DNA of 56,140 bases, from the IMG/VR virus record IMGVR_UViG_2563366805_000004, positions 1-56,140 of that record. The stretch is one strand, 5' to 3'. Below, piece by piece: positions 33,090 through 42,340 of the stretch. Made by a program: the position numbers and the translations under genes. The notes beneath the pieces are model-generated. The model ran no database searches, was not told where the DNA came from, and saw nothing but the letters and a program-made list of their open reading frames with translations. Each line of letters opens with the position of its first letter. Position 1 is the first letter of the stretch. Source of the DNA: a virus. Its lineage: Duplodnaviria; Heunggongvirae; Uroviricota; Caudoviricetes.

Positions 33090-33788
33090 TTACTGCGAAA
33101 GTTTGTTAATGGAAAGGAAGCCGCCAAAGTTGCCGACGTTATTGCGGAACTTACAACCGCTCAGGCATTTGCTGCATTTATCCTTCGTGATATCGGACGT
33201 TGGCTGGTCATATTCATCCGCGACAGCCGGACCGCTATAACCGCACTCGTCACCGCGATAGGTCCAGGTGCAGGTGTTGGCCAGCATGATACGTCCCGGA
33301 AAAACAGCGCCATCCGTTTCCGTCGGCGTGGACAGTACAAAGGAGGCACTCACCGCGCTCAGTTCGCTGCACTGCTCAATGCGCCAGCGGCTGATCACCT
33401 CCTGCTCCGGATCGGCGTCACTGTTTCCGTTGACGAAGTTCACCGCATCCAGAAAACGGGCGTAAACCTTACGCCGGACCACCGTTCCTCCGACCAGACT
33501 CTGCAGGTCTTCCGCCATCCCGGTGACCATGCCGTGCAGGTTAGAAACCGTCAGTGTCGGACGGGCAGCACTGCCCTTGCCGTTCAGTTCAAATCCCGTC
33601 CCCTGAATGGGGTATACCTGATACTGCCGCCCCTGCCAGATAACCGGCTCACCTTTTTCGTTCTGCTCATTACAGAAAAAATAACGTTCACCACCGACCT
33701 CTGTCAGATCGATTTCCCAGAGCACCACCTGGGCTGACTGAGTGAGGCGTGTCGTCTCATGATGTGTTTCCTGTGGAATATCCTGCAT
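33090..33788 (-). CDS. L: Minor tail protein L
   Basis: 232 aa; lambda L-like including C-terminal Cys cluster. Confidence 0.9.
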   Translation of the reverse strand: MQDIPQETHHETTRLTQSAQVVLWEIDLTEVGGERYFFCNEQNEKGEPVIWQGRQYQVYPIQGTGFELNGKGSAARPTLTVSNLHGMVTGMAEDLQSLVGGTVVRRKVYARFLDAVNFVNGNSDADPEQEVISRWRIEQCSELSAVSASFVLSTPTETDGAVFPGRIMLANTCTWTYRGDECGYSGPAVADEYDQPTSDITKDKCSKCLSGCKFRNNVGNFGGFLSINKLSQ

Positions 33789-33797
33789 CAGAGCCTC

Positions 33798-34127
33798 CTA
33801 TGCCACGACCTGTTCAAAATCTGCCGTTATGGTTACCCACAACGCCCCCACGCTTGCCGACCATTTACGACAAACCACCCTGATCGGTTTCCAGTCATAA
33901 GGTGGCGTCCACTGAAATGCACGGACGCCACCGTGCCGTTCCAGAAAGGCTTTTAAAGATGGGTGTTCACATTTACGAACACGTATCGTCACGCTGTAAG
34001 TCGACAACTGGTTATTCAGTCCCGCCGCACGACGCTGTTCATAACCATCGCCAAGCTTCACTGTCACCACTTTCGGCTCTGATACCACATTCATATCCGG
34101 GCGCACTTTCCAGTGAAACGTCTCCAT
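33798..34127 (-). CDS. M: Minor tail protein M
   Basis: 109 aa; lambda M-like; position between H and L. Confidence 0.85.
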   Translation of the reverse strand: METFHWKVRPDMNVVSEPKVVTVKLGDGYEQRRAAGLNNQLSTYSVTIRVRKCEHPSLKAFLERHGGVRAFQWTPPYDWKPIRVVCRKWSASVGALWVTITADFEQVVA

Positions 34128-37100
34128 TACCGATATGCTCCACTTAACCGACCACCATCACGGGCCTGCTGTTGCATAAAGTCCGCTGCCGCTTTTTTCC
34201 CGAGGTCATAAACCGCCTTCAGGGCAGCCGGACCTATCTGCCCGTTCGTGCCATCGTTATTGATCTCGATGTTGTACTGCGGGGAAAACATCGCCATACC
34301 TGAACCCCCAATATCCGCCACAACCCCCAGCTTACCGTCAGCACCACGACGCAATGGCAGAATGGCTTCAGGTCCCGCTTCCCCCATCACACCCGCGCCT
34401 TTTGCAAAAGCAAAAAACGTCGGACGGTTAACCACCGTGCCACTGTAACGACTCAAATCAGCAGACTGATAAATCCCCCCATTGGCATTCAGGGAAAGGC
34501 TGCTGAGATCAAATCCCAGTACACTGCCAATCCCTTTTATCGATTTCATCATGGTTGCCTGCGCCAGGATTTTCGCCATATCTGACAGCACCGAAGAGGT
34601 GAAGGATTTGAAGTTGAGTTTGCCGGTAGTGACAAAAGTTGCCAGGCCATTTCCCATGTTGCTGAAAGCTGACGAGAACACCTGTTCTGCTGTTCCTGCC
34701 GTATTATCTGCATCCACGGTAAAATCCTGAAATGCACGCAGGACTCCGTTTTTCCAGTTACCCTGCACAACTTCAAGCTGTTGCCAGTAACGGCGATTCT
34801 CATTCAGTTGTCGGTTCAGGCTCTCCGTCAGCGCCTGCTCGGCCTTTCTGTAGTCATCCGTGTTATATGTCCCTTTCTGCTCACTATCCCGCCTCAACTG
34901 CTCCAGCTGTTGCTGGTATTTCTGGCGAAGACTCAGTTGTACCTGATATCGCTGCCGCTGCTGATCACCCATACCCACCGTGGCGATATCCAGGTCATGT
35001 TGCTGACGCTGAGCGCGCTCTTCTTCAGCCAGTTGACTGGTCAGCTGAATTGTTTTTTTCTTCAGATCGTTGAGTGCCGTCTGTTTCTGAAGCTCCTGCT
35101 GTTTTACATCCAGCAGCGTCAGTGCCTGAATCAGTTCATCTTTACGGGCCAGCACACTCTTTTCATCTGCCGTCAGTTTTTTCCCGTCCAGATCGCTGAT
35201 GCGCTGCTGCAGAGCCAGAAGCTGTTTATGCGCTTCTGTCATCCTGTCAGTGGCAATGCCTGCTGACTGTCTTGCAGCAGCAATCTGTCCTTCCACCTGT
35301 GCCTGTTGCTGACTGTACTGCAGCAATAACCGGGTGGCCTCATCATTACGGGTTTCGCGTGTTTTTTTCTTACCGGATGCCAGGGCTTTCTCGTAACGTT
35401 CATTTTCACGTTGTATCGCCGCATCCCTGACAGCCTGATCGGCGTACTGCATGGCATTAATACGCGCAATTTCACGCTGATGTCGTGCAGCTTCCGTTTC
35501 ATTCATCCGGTTCAGTGCAGCATTTTCAGCATTACGGCGTTTCTGTTGCTCCTGATAATTCCGCTCTGCCTGCTCTTTTGCATCCTGCAAATCCTTCTGG
35601 CGTTTTTTCTCCTGAAGATCGTTAAGACGCTGCTGATCGTATTCAACCTGAGAAGATGATGCCGTCCAGGGGAGTCTTTTCGCCCGCGACACTTTCTCCT
35701 GCAAAGTGGCAATCTGCGCATCCAGCGAATCTTCACGACCAATATTCATGGCCGCATCCCAGAACTGCTTCCACCAGTCAGACAAGGTTTGCAGCGTACT
35801 ACCCAGCGCATTGAGGTTATTATCAATATCCGCAGTACGCCGTCCGGTTTCCTCTGCCAGTGCAGACATGGCTATCCGTGCAGCATCACTGGACCGCCCC
35901 TGCTCTCCAAGGACGCGTATCTGCTCAAGCTGAGTGGCAGTAAGAAAATGCAGCTCATTGTCCAGAGACTTCGCGGCATTTACAGGATCATCCTTCAGCC
36001 GCTTAAACTGATTTATGGTATCGCTGACCGACTGGCCAACCGATCGCTCCATCTGTGCGGCAGCTCTCGCCACCATACCGATATCGTTTCCACGAAATGC
36101 ACCACTCCCCACCACCTGAGCCAGCGCACCGGCTGCAGCATGTTGCGTGATACCATTCCCGGAAATAGTACGACTGAGCGTCCACAGCTGCCCGGCAGTG
36201 ACTCCGGCATAATGCCCCGTCAGCGACAGCTGGCGGTTAAATTCTTCCCCCTCCTTCTGACCGTCATACCAGGCTTTACCCAGACCATAGACGGCCGCGG
36301 TAATACCGCCAATAACCCCGCCCAGCATCATGCCTTTCGGTGACATCAGTGTGTCTATCCATCCGGCACGGTTAGCCAGCGTTATCCCGGATCCCCTCAG
36401 CGCCCCTAAATTGCCGCGGGCCAGTTCACCTATCAGAACGCCTATCTCCTGGCGGGCCGCTGCACTTTTCAGACCCAGCGAATGCGTGGCTTTTCCTGCC
36501 CGCTCCATTTTGCGGATATACACTTCTGCAGCACTGCTTACCCCCAGCTGGGCAGCCCTGGCACGAAGCAACTCAGAAGAAGAAAGATTCTGGCGGGTTG
36601 CCTGCTCTTTAAGCTGACGGATAAACGCCACTTTCTGTCGGGTAGCCTCTGCCTCAGCCTGCGTAAGAACACGGGTTTTCGCCGTAACCTCAGAAATCAG
36701 CGCCAGATAATCCTGCTGACCAATCCCGCCACTGTTTCTGGCCTGTCGGATCTGCTGCTGAATACGCTGTAATTCCTGCAACCCCGCACTGGCCTGTTTC
36801 ACACTGTCAATCTGACGATAAAACGCGGCAGCCGCTTTATCCTGAGCCTCCGCCAGAGCCATGGCCTGCGCCTGTTCCTCGCGCATTTTCTGGCTCAGTG
36901 CCTCCATACGCTGGCGGGTTTGCTCCACCTCGCGGGCCATGCGTTCATGAGCCTGTGCGCTCTTCTCCACCGTCTGCGCATGGACGGATGCGGCTGTTGC
37001 AGCCGAAGACGCCGCCTGCATTGTCTGCCGGGCGGCCTGAGTCTGACGATCCATAAAACGCTGCATACGGGCAGAAGACCGTTCTGCATCGCTGGCTGCA

Positions 37101-37222
37101 CCATTCAGAAGGTTTTTGATACGGGGAATTTCATTTTTAAACTCTGCCGCATCAATCCCCAAATCAATGACCAGGTTGGCTATCTGGTCCATAACGCACA
37201 CCTCCGGAAATACCTTCCCCAA
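34127..37222 (-). CDS. H: Tail tape measure protein H
   Basis: 1031 aa, coiled-coil-rich; C-terminus INNDGTNGQIGPAALKAVYD matches lambda H; true start probably at MDQIANLVIDL near 37192. Confidence 0.85.
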   Translation of the reverse strand: MGKVFPEVCVMDQIANLVIDLGIDAAEFKNEIPRIKNLLNGAASDAERSSARMQRFMDRQTQAARQTMQAASSAATAASVHAQTVEKSAQAHERMAREVEQTRQRMEALSQKMREEQAQAMALAEAQDKAAAAFYRQIDSVKQASAGLQELQRIQQQIRQARNSGGIGQQDYLALISEVTAKTRVLTQAEAEATRQKVAFIRQLKEQATRQNLSSSELLRARAAQLGVSSAAEVYIRKMERAGKATHSLGLKSAAARQEIGVLIGELARGNLGALRGSGITLANRAGWIDTLMSPKGMMLGGVIGGITAAVYGLGKAWYDGQKEGEEFNRQLSLTGHYAGVTAGQLWTLSRTISGNGITQHAAAGALAQVVGSGAFRGNDIGMVARAAAQMERSVGQSVSDTINQFKRLKDDPVNAAKSLDNELHFLTATQLEQIRVLGEQGRSSDAARIAMSALAEETGRRTADIDNNLNALGSTLQTLSDWWKQFWDAAMNIGREDSLDAQIATLQEKVSRAKRLPWTASSSQVEYDQQRLNDLQEKKRQKDLQDAKEQAERNYQEQQKRRNAENAALNRMNETEAARHQREIARINAMQYADQAVRDAAIQRENERYEKALASGKKKTRETRNDEATRLLLQYSQQQAQVEGQIAAARQSAGIATDRMTEAHKQLLALQQRISDLDGKKLTADEKSVLARKDELIQALTLLDVKQQELQKQTALNDLKKKTIQLTSQLAEEERAQRQQHDLDIATVGMGDQQRQRYQVQLSLRQKYQQQLEQLRRDSEQKGTYNTDDYRKAEQALTESLNRQLNENRRYWQQLEVVQGNWKNGVLRAFQDFTVDADNTAGTAEQVFSSAFSNMGNGLATFVTTGKLNFKSFTSSVLSDMAKILAQATMMKSIKGIGSVLGFDLSSLSLNANGGIYQSADLSRYSGTVVNRPTFFAFAKGAGVMGEAGPEAILPLRRGADGKLGVVADIGGSGMAMFSPQYNIEINNDGTNGQIGPAALKAVYDLGKKAAADFMQQQARDGGRLSGAYR

Positions 37223-37493
37223 GATGCATCAGTTCTTCGTCCGTTCGCTCCGGTATCCCGTTCTCTTCCGGTAAAAGGCTGAAATCAGCCACCGCAGCAT
37301 CACTGCTGCCGGACACCATTCTCACGATCAATGCCTTCAGCGAGGCAAACTGCGCATCCATCCACACATCACTGAAGCTCTGCATCCGGAAATAATCGCC
37401 CCACTCACCAAGCTCAGTGGCCGACATTTCCGACAGCATCCGCCGCCAGTCTGCCCGCCGGAACTCCCGGGCAAGCCGCATGACAAACTGCAT
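37164..37493 (-). CDS. T: Tail assembly chaperone T segment (expressed as G-T fusion by -1 frameshift)
   Basis: ORF lies in the -1 frame relative to G and follows its 3' end; coordinates are the ATG-delimited part only. Confidence 0.7.
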   Translation of the reverse strand: MQFVMRLAREFRRADWRRMLSEMSATELGEWGDYFRMQSFSDVWMDAQFASLKALIVRMVSGSSDAAVADFSLLPEENGIPERTDEELMHLGEGISGGVRYGPDSQPGH

Positions 37494-37501
37494 TTCCCGC
37501 G

Positions 37502-37888
37502 TCAGGACTTTTCCGGCGTCAGCACCTCATGCTCCAAATCCCCGGCATTCTCAATGGCTCCCATACCGCTCAGCGACAGAACCATCTCCGCCCCCGCTCC
37601 CAGGGCATCATACGACCATGTTGTAATAACGGATGCGCAAAGCGTCTCAACATCCTGAGACTGTTCCGCATTCCACAGTGAGCGGGAAACCAGCCAGGCA
37701 TTGATATCCATCCCCATCCGCAGAAAAGCAATCTGTCGTTCAGCCTCCGGCAGTTCTCCCTCTTCGGCATCAAACTTTGCCGTTCGCTGCTGAACAAACG
37801 CCAGATATTCAATTCTCTGCAGCCCGGACAGCTCACTGAGCACCACGGACTGCTTTTCATAATTAAACGTGCCCTGTTTCAGAAACAT
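37502..37888 (-). CDS. G: Tail assembly chaperone G
   Basis: Start at MFLKQGTF…VVLSELSGLQRIEYLAF, similar to lambda G. Confidence 0.75.
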   Translation of the reverse strand: MFLKQGTFNYEKQSVVLSELSGLQRIEYLAFVQQRTAKFDAEEGELPEAERQIAFLRMGMDINAWLVSRSLWNAEQSQDVETLCASVITTWSYDALGAGAEMVLSLSGMGAIENAGDLEHEVLTPEKS

Positions 37889-37948
37889 CATGTTCTCCAC
37901 CTGCAAAAAAGCCCCTGATAACCGGGGCAAATGATGAGTATCGTCCTG

Positions 37949-38692
37949 TTAACCTGCGGCGCTGACAGCCACCGTAGCCACTGCCACAAAATCGCCGTCA
38001 GAAGTCATGCCCACAATGCTGACACTGCCCTGCTTCACGCCTTTCACCGTGGCCACAAGCCCGTTCAGGGTCACCGTGGCAGTCTGTGGATCTGTCGAAT
38101 GCACGCTGATCGCTTTGTCACTGGCTCCGTCAGGTTTTACTGTAAAGGTCAGCGTGGTGGTTGCTCCCACTTTTACACTGGCAGATGCCGGTGCCACCGT
38201 CAGCCCGGTAACGCTCACTGTTTCAGTGCCTTCCTCTGCCAGATACGGACGCCCAACACCGCTGATTTTCACTGTGCGGGTCATCACGTCTTTTGAGGCA
38301 ATGGTTTTACCCAGTGAGCTCAGCCAGCCACGGAAAACATCAACAGTGCCGTTGGGATATTTGATACGAAACGCGCAGACTTCACCGGAGTCGAACAACT
38401 GAACCAGTTTTTTCTGCCCGCTGTCACCCGGACGCCAGGCCAGCGTCGCCGAAGTATCACCAACGGATTTCTGCCCCTGGGTTGTCGTTTTCCAGTCTGC
38501 ATCTTCATCATCGAGATAAGTGTCATCTTCTGCATCAGCGGTCATTTCGCCAGGTTGCAGATCCTTCACCATCGCAAGACGCAGCCAGTCAGTGTCCGAC
38601 AAAGGGTTCGCAAACGCATCGCCGTTGCCGGTATACATCCAGAACGTCGTCCCCGCACCTTTCGTCTTTGCCAGTGGATTTGGTGTGGTCAT
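37949..38692 (-). CDS. V: Major tail protein V (with C-terminal Ig-like domain)
   Basis: Start at MTTPNPLAKTKGAGTTFWMY; FRGW and YLDDEDADW motifs match lambda V. Confidence 0.9.
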   Translation of the reverse strand: MTTPNPLAKTKGAGTTFWMYTGNGDAFANPLSDTDWLRLAMVKDLQPGEMTADAEDDTYLDDEDADWKTTTQGQKSVGDTSATLAWRPGDSGQKKLVQLFDSGEVCAFRIKYPNGTVDVFRGWLSSLGKTIASKDVMTRTVKISGVGRPYLAEEGTETVSVTGLTVAPASASVKVGATTTLTFTVKPDGASDKAISVHSTDPQTATVTLNGLVATVKGVKQGSVSIVGMTSDGDFVAVATVAVSAAG

Positions 38693-38702
38693 TACCACCT
38701 CC

Positions 38703-39116
38703 TTAATTCGTGTACGTGATCTGGTACGTGATTTCCGCCATCGCCCAGGTGGCCATCTCATTATCACGTTGATAGTTAAAACCGAGTGGGATCAGGGTGT
38801 CGATGAGTCCGGAAAGTGCCGGTATATCATTCAGGGCAGGGAAAATGGTGCTCTCCATCCACATATCCAGCTCTGAATCCGGTGCCTGTGCCCGGATGAA
38901 GACGGCAATATGCAGAACAGCCTGCCAGTCATCTTCATCCGTCATTTTTCCGGTGTACTGAGCATCACTCAGCCACACCGCCACGGCAGGCAGTTCCTGC
39001 GCATCAATAAATGCCGGAAGCCCGTCAAAAAATGTGGCGCTGTCTCCACACTGTTCCCGAAGGCGTGCCAGTACGGCCTGGCGGATTTGTGTATGTCGGT
39101 TCATCGGGTCAGCCAT
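38703..39116 (-). CDS. U: Tail terminator protein U
   Basis: ATFFDG, AVAV and SDIPALS motifs match lambda U. Confidence 0.8.
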   Translation of the reverse strand: MADPMNRHTQIRQAVLARLREQCGDSATFFDGLPAFIDAQELPAVAVWLSDAQYTGKMTDEDDWQAVLHIAVFIRAQAPDSELDMWMESTIFPALNDIPALSGLIDTLIPLGFNYQRDNEMATWAMAEITYQITYTN

Positions 39117-39679
39117 AACCTCAGTTGTTGTTTCAGTGCATACCCCAGCTGTTTCGGCATTTCCGCAGCAATGATGTGGTCGCGGGCATCTTCAAATGCC
39201 TGTGTCAGCGGCCCGGACAGCGGGATTTTCACCACATCAATGGGGTAACGATTTTTGCCATCAATACGTCGCATCACATGCCAGCGACCATTCGCCAGTT
39301 GCTGAATAAACGCATCCCGGAAAAGATATTTACCCACCTTCAGCACGCTGCCACGGTACTGCAGTTTTCCACCACGCCGGGCCAGTCTGACCCGGGCTGT
39401 CCCCAGCTTAATGGCGGGCAGATTGCCCCGGTTAACGCGGATCCTGGCCGTCATTTTTCCTGACGGACTGGCTTTAAACACCCGGACACGCTGACGTACC
39501 AGTTTCAGGGGGATCCCTTTCACCTGGTTATCTCCCGCAACGGTATTCCCGGCAACCTGCCGGGTGGCAACCGAGACCGCTTTCTGTGCCACACGGTTTA
39601 TCGCCCATGCGCTGGCCTGTGGCACCATACGGGTATCAAGGCTGTTCAGATTGCGGATGGCATTCTCAAGCCCCTTCAT
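39101..39679 (-). CDS. Z: Tail completion protein Z
   Basis: 192 aa; position between FII-like and U. Confidence 0.75.
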   Translation of the reverse strand: MKGLENAIRNLNSLDTRMVPQASAWAINRVAQKAVSVATRQVAGNTVAGDNQVKGIPLKLVRQRVRVFKASPSGKMTARIRVNRGNLPAIKLGTARVRLARRGGKLQYRGSVLKVGKYLFRDAFIQQLANGRWHVMRRIDGKNRYPIDVVKIPLSGPLTQAFEDARDHIIAAEMPKQLGYALKQQLRLWLTR

Positions 39680-39690
39680 CCCACACCTCT

Positions 39691-39966
39691 TTACTCAATA
39701 AAGATCATTGGCTTACCGTTAAAGCGTTCATGCCGTGTGACCGTCCATTGTTGTCCGTCATAAACAACGCGATCCCCGCGCCGTGGGCGGTATCCCGAAG
39801 AAAACACCACCAGAGAGACCGCAGGTCCGGACAGAGCATTCAGCTCTGCCAGTGTTTCTCCCGGGATCACAGTCATATCGACATCATTAATCGAGGCTGT
39901 CTTTCCCATCTTTCTGACCGTGATCGCATCCATACGCGCTGCCAGCCGGGAAAAGGGATCAGACAT
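39691..39966 (-). CDS. Head-tail connector FII-like protein
   Basis: 91 aa; RRGD motif and position. Confidence 0.6.
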   Translation of the reverse strand: MSDPFSRLAARMDAITVRKMGKTASINDVDMTVIPGETLAELNALSGPAVSLVVFSSGYRPRRGDRVVYDGQQWTVTRHERFNGKPMIFIE

Positions 39967-40282
39967 TGAGTTTTACCGGCACTTCTTCTGCACTGGTTCC
40001 GGCATCTGCCCAGACAACCCCGACCAGCGGATCAGAGCCGCTGTTAGTCAGCTGAACTTTTCCGGACTTCAGATAAACCTTCTTACCCGTTTTCATATCA
40101 TCCGTTTTCAGCTTAGGCAGCATAAACACACCTTCGGTCATGCCGTCGCCTGTTTCACCCTGTGGAATATCGGTCAGCGCCACCGCAAAAACATCACCCA
40201 CCTGCACCAGATCTCCGCTGCTGATGGCTGCACTGGCAACAATCGCCACCGTTTTTCCTTCTTCTACAAAATTCTTTGCCAT
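39959..40282 (-). CDS. Small head protein (possible decoration/cement protein)
   Basis: Start at MAKNFVEEGK; lies immediately after the capsid gene; assignment by position only. Confidence 0.4.
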   Translation of the reverse strand: MAKNFVEEGKTVAIVASAAISSGDLVQVGDVFAVALTDIPQGETGDGMTEGVFMLPKLKTDDMKTGKKVYLKSGKVQLTNSGSDPLVGVVWADAGTSAEEVPVKLNV

Positions 40283-40368
40283 AACTGTCTCCGCACAGCC
40301 CCGTTCAGGGGCTGATTTCAGGTACAAAAAAAGCCCTTACGGGCCATCAGAGTTGTTGTCTGCGACGT

Positions 40369-42327
40369 TTACGCCGTACATTTCACCAGACCACGGTGAT
40401 CAACTGGCGCGACACCGGCGTCAATACGCACTTTCGTTGTCACGCCATCCACACTGAAGCCCTCCATCTGATCAATATATGGCGTATCCACACCGTTGAG
40501 ATAAGCCACTTCAATCGTATCGGAGCCTTTTGACGCAGCCAGGTAGAAGGTGGTCTGGCTGTTATCATCAAGACGAGGCTCTGCAATAACGGTCGCAAAA
40601 TCTTTCACCGGGTTAATAATACCGGCGTTAATGTCAGCCCCCTTGACACTTGAGGAGCGAATGACCTGGTTAGCAACAGACTCCATCGCCGTCGGTACCA
40701 GTACGAACGCAGGACGAATATTCAGATGACGCTCCCCCTCTTTCTGAACGCGCATCAACTGGCGGGCTTTATCCAGCGATGCCACGTCCATTGCAGCGCT
40801 CTCCAGTACGTTTGCATGTTTCGCTTTATCGAACAGACTTACATTATCTGTGGAGATTTTCGGGTTAGACGTCAGAATGGCATAAACCAGATCGGCAATA
40901 GTGGATTTCGCCGCACGGCCCAGTTTCATCGGGACATCGGTCAGCATATTCAGATCATCATTGATAATGGCCTGACGGGTGATACTGAACAGCTCGCCAT
41001 AGGTCGCCAGTGCAATAGTGGCCTGTTTATCTCCGGTGGTGACGTATTTATATTCCGCCCCTTCACGCACCTGACGCAGAGCACTGAAGCCCCCCATACC
41101 CACACGATGGGCAATTTTAAAATCAGACAACTGACCTTTCCGCGTCCACTGTTCATAGGTTTCAGGGGCATCTTCCCAGCCCTGCAGAATGGCTTTGTTC
41201 GCAACATCCAGCAGAATATTACCGAAGTCAGACGTACTGTGTGTGAACGCCGCACCGACCATCTGCATCGGGTTATAACTGGAAACCCCAATACCCCGTT
41301 CAGTCAGTGACATACGGGCATATTCACGCAGGGTCATCCCGTTGTAGACATTATCACGTTCGGTTTTTTCAAATCCGGCACGCGCCATCAGCGCCTGGCG
41401 GATCCCGTCCCCCACAAAATTACCGTTACCGGCATAAATATGAGCCGGGGTATTTTTATTGGATGGCGTGGACTCGCGCCCCATCTCGTTCAACAGCTTT
41501 TCGCGGGCCTGCTCCAGCGAACATTCAGGATCGGCAAGACACTGAGCCTGCAGCGTCTGATAACGCCCGCCAAACATGGCAAACAGATCATTAATACCGT
41601 TTACACGCGCTTTTTGCTCTGCCAGTACCTGCGCACGGATGCTGTTTTCATCCACCACGGGTGCTGCTGCCTGCACTGGCGTCCGGGAGGCTGCAGGTTC
41701 ATCATCCTGTACGCGTGGAGCACTGTTGCGTGGCGGAGTAATCATGTTTCGAATGGATTCCGGCATCTTTTTAAATTCCTCTGTACGTTTTGACTGAATA
41801 CATGCCATTGCCTTAACGGCTGGCGTCACCTGATCAGCAAATCCCTGTGCCAGACATTCGGCACCGGACATCCAGGTCTCATCCGCCAGCATGGCAGCAA
41901 TTTCATCGGTGGTTTTCCCGGTTTTCTGTGCATAAGCGGGTAACAGAACCGCCTCAACCTTATCGAGCAGGTCGGCATAGGTGCGCATGTCCTCCGCATC
42001 ACCGCCCGTAAAGCCAAATGGTTTATGAATCATCATGAAGGTGTTTTCCGGCATAATGACCGGGTTTCCCACCATCGCAATGACCGACGCCATTGACGCC
42101 GCCACACCGTCGACATAAACGGTAATGGACGCACCATGTGTTTTCAGTGCATTAAAAATGGCGATGCCTTCAAAGACATCGCCACCCGGTGAATTGATAT
42201 GGAGATTAATGTGGGTGATATCGCCCAGTGCATTCAGATCACTGATAAACTGCTTCGCTGTAACACCCCAGAAACCAATCTCGTCATAAATATAAATATC
42301 CGCGTCACTCTGGTGACCAGCCTGCAT
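40369..42327 (-). CDS. Prohead protease (ClpP/S49-like) fused to major capsid protein
   Basis: Start moved to MQAGHQSDADIYIYDEIG; ClpP-like motifs SPGGDVFEGIAIFNAL and DGVAASMASVIA; ~400-aa C-terminal capsid-like domain. Confidence 0.75.
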   Translation of the reverse strand: MQAGHQSDADIYIYDEIGFWGVTAKQFISDLNALGDITHINLHINSPGGDVFEGIAIFNALKTHGASITVYVDGVAASMASVIAMVGNPVIMPENTFMMIHKPFGFTGGDAEDMRTYADLLDKVEAVLLPAYAQKTGKTTDEIAAMLADETWMSGAECLAQGFADQVTPAVKAMACIQSKRTEEFKKMPESIRNMITPPRNSAPRVQDDEPAASRTPVQAAAPVVDENSIRAQVLAEQKARVNGINDLFAMFGGRYQTLQAQCLADPECSLEQAREKLLNEMGRESTPSNKNTPAHIYAGNGNFVGDGIRQALMARAGFEKTERDNVYNGMTLREYARMSLTERGIGVSSYNPMQMVGAAFTHSTSDFGNILLDVANKAILQGWEDAPETYEQWTRKGQLSDFKIAHRVGMGGFSALRQVREGAEYKYVTTGDKQATIALATYGELFSITRQAIINDDLNMLTDVPMKLGRAAKSTIADLVYAILTSNPKISTDNVSLFDKAKHANVLESAAMDVASLDKARQLMRVQKEGERHLNIRPAFVLVPTAMESVANQVIRSSSVKGADINAGIINPVKDFATVIAEPRLDDNSQTTFYLAASKGSDTIEVAYLNGVDTPYIDQMEGFSVDGVTTKVRIDAGVAPVDHRGLVKCTA

Positions 42328-42340
42328 CCTGAACCAGGAA

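Noticed and set aside
32394-33737. 447-aa plus-strand ORF
   Set aside because: Antisense to the well-supported K and L tail genes; Pro/Arg/Ala-rich with no motifs.
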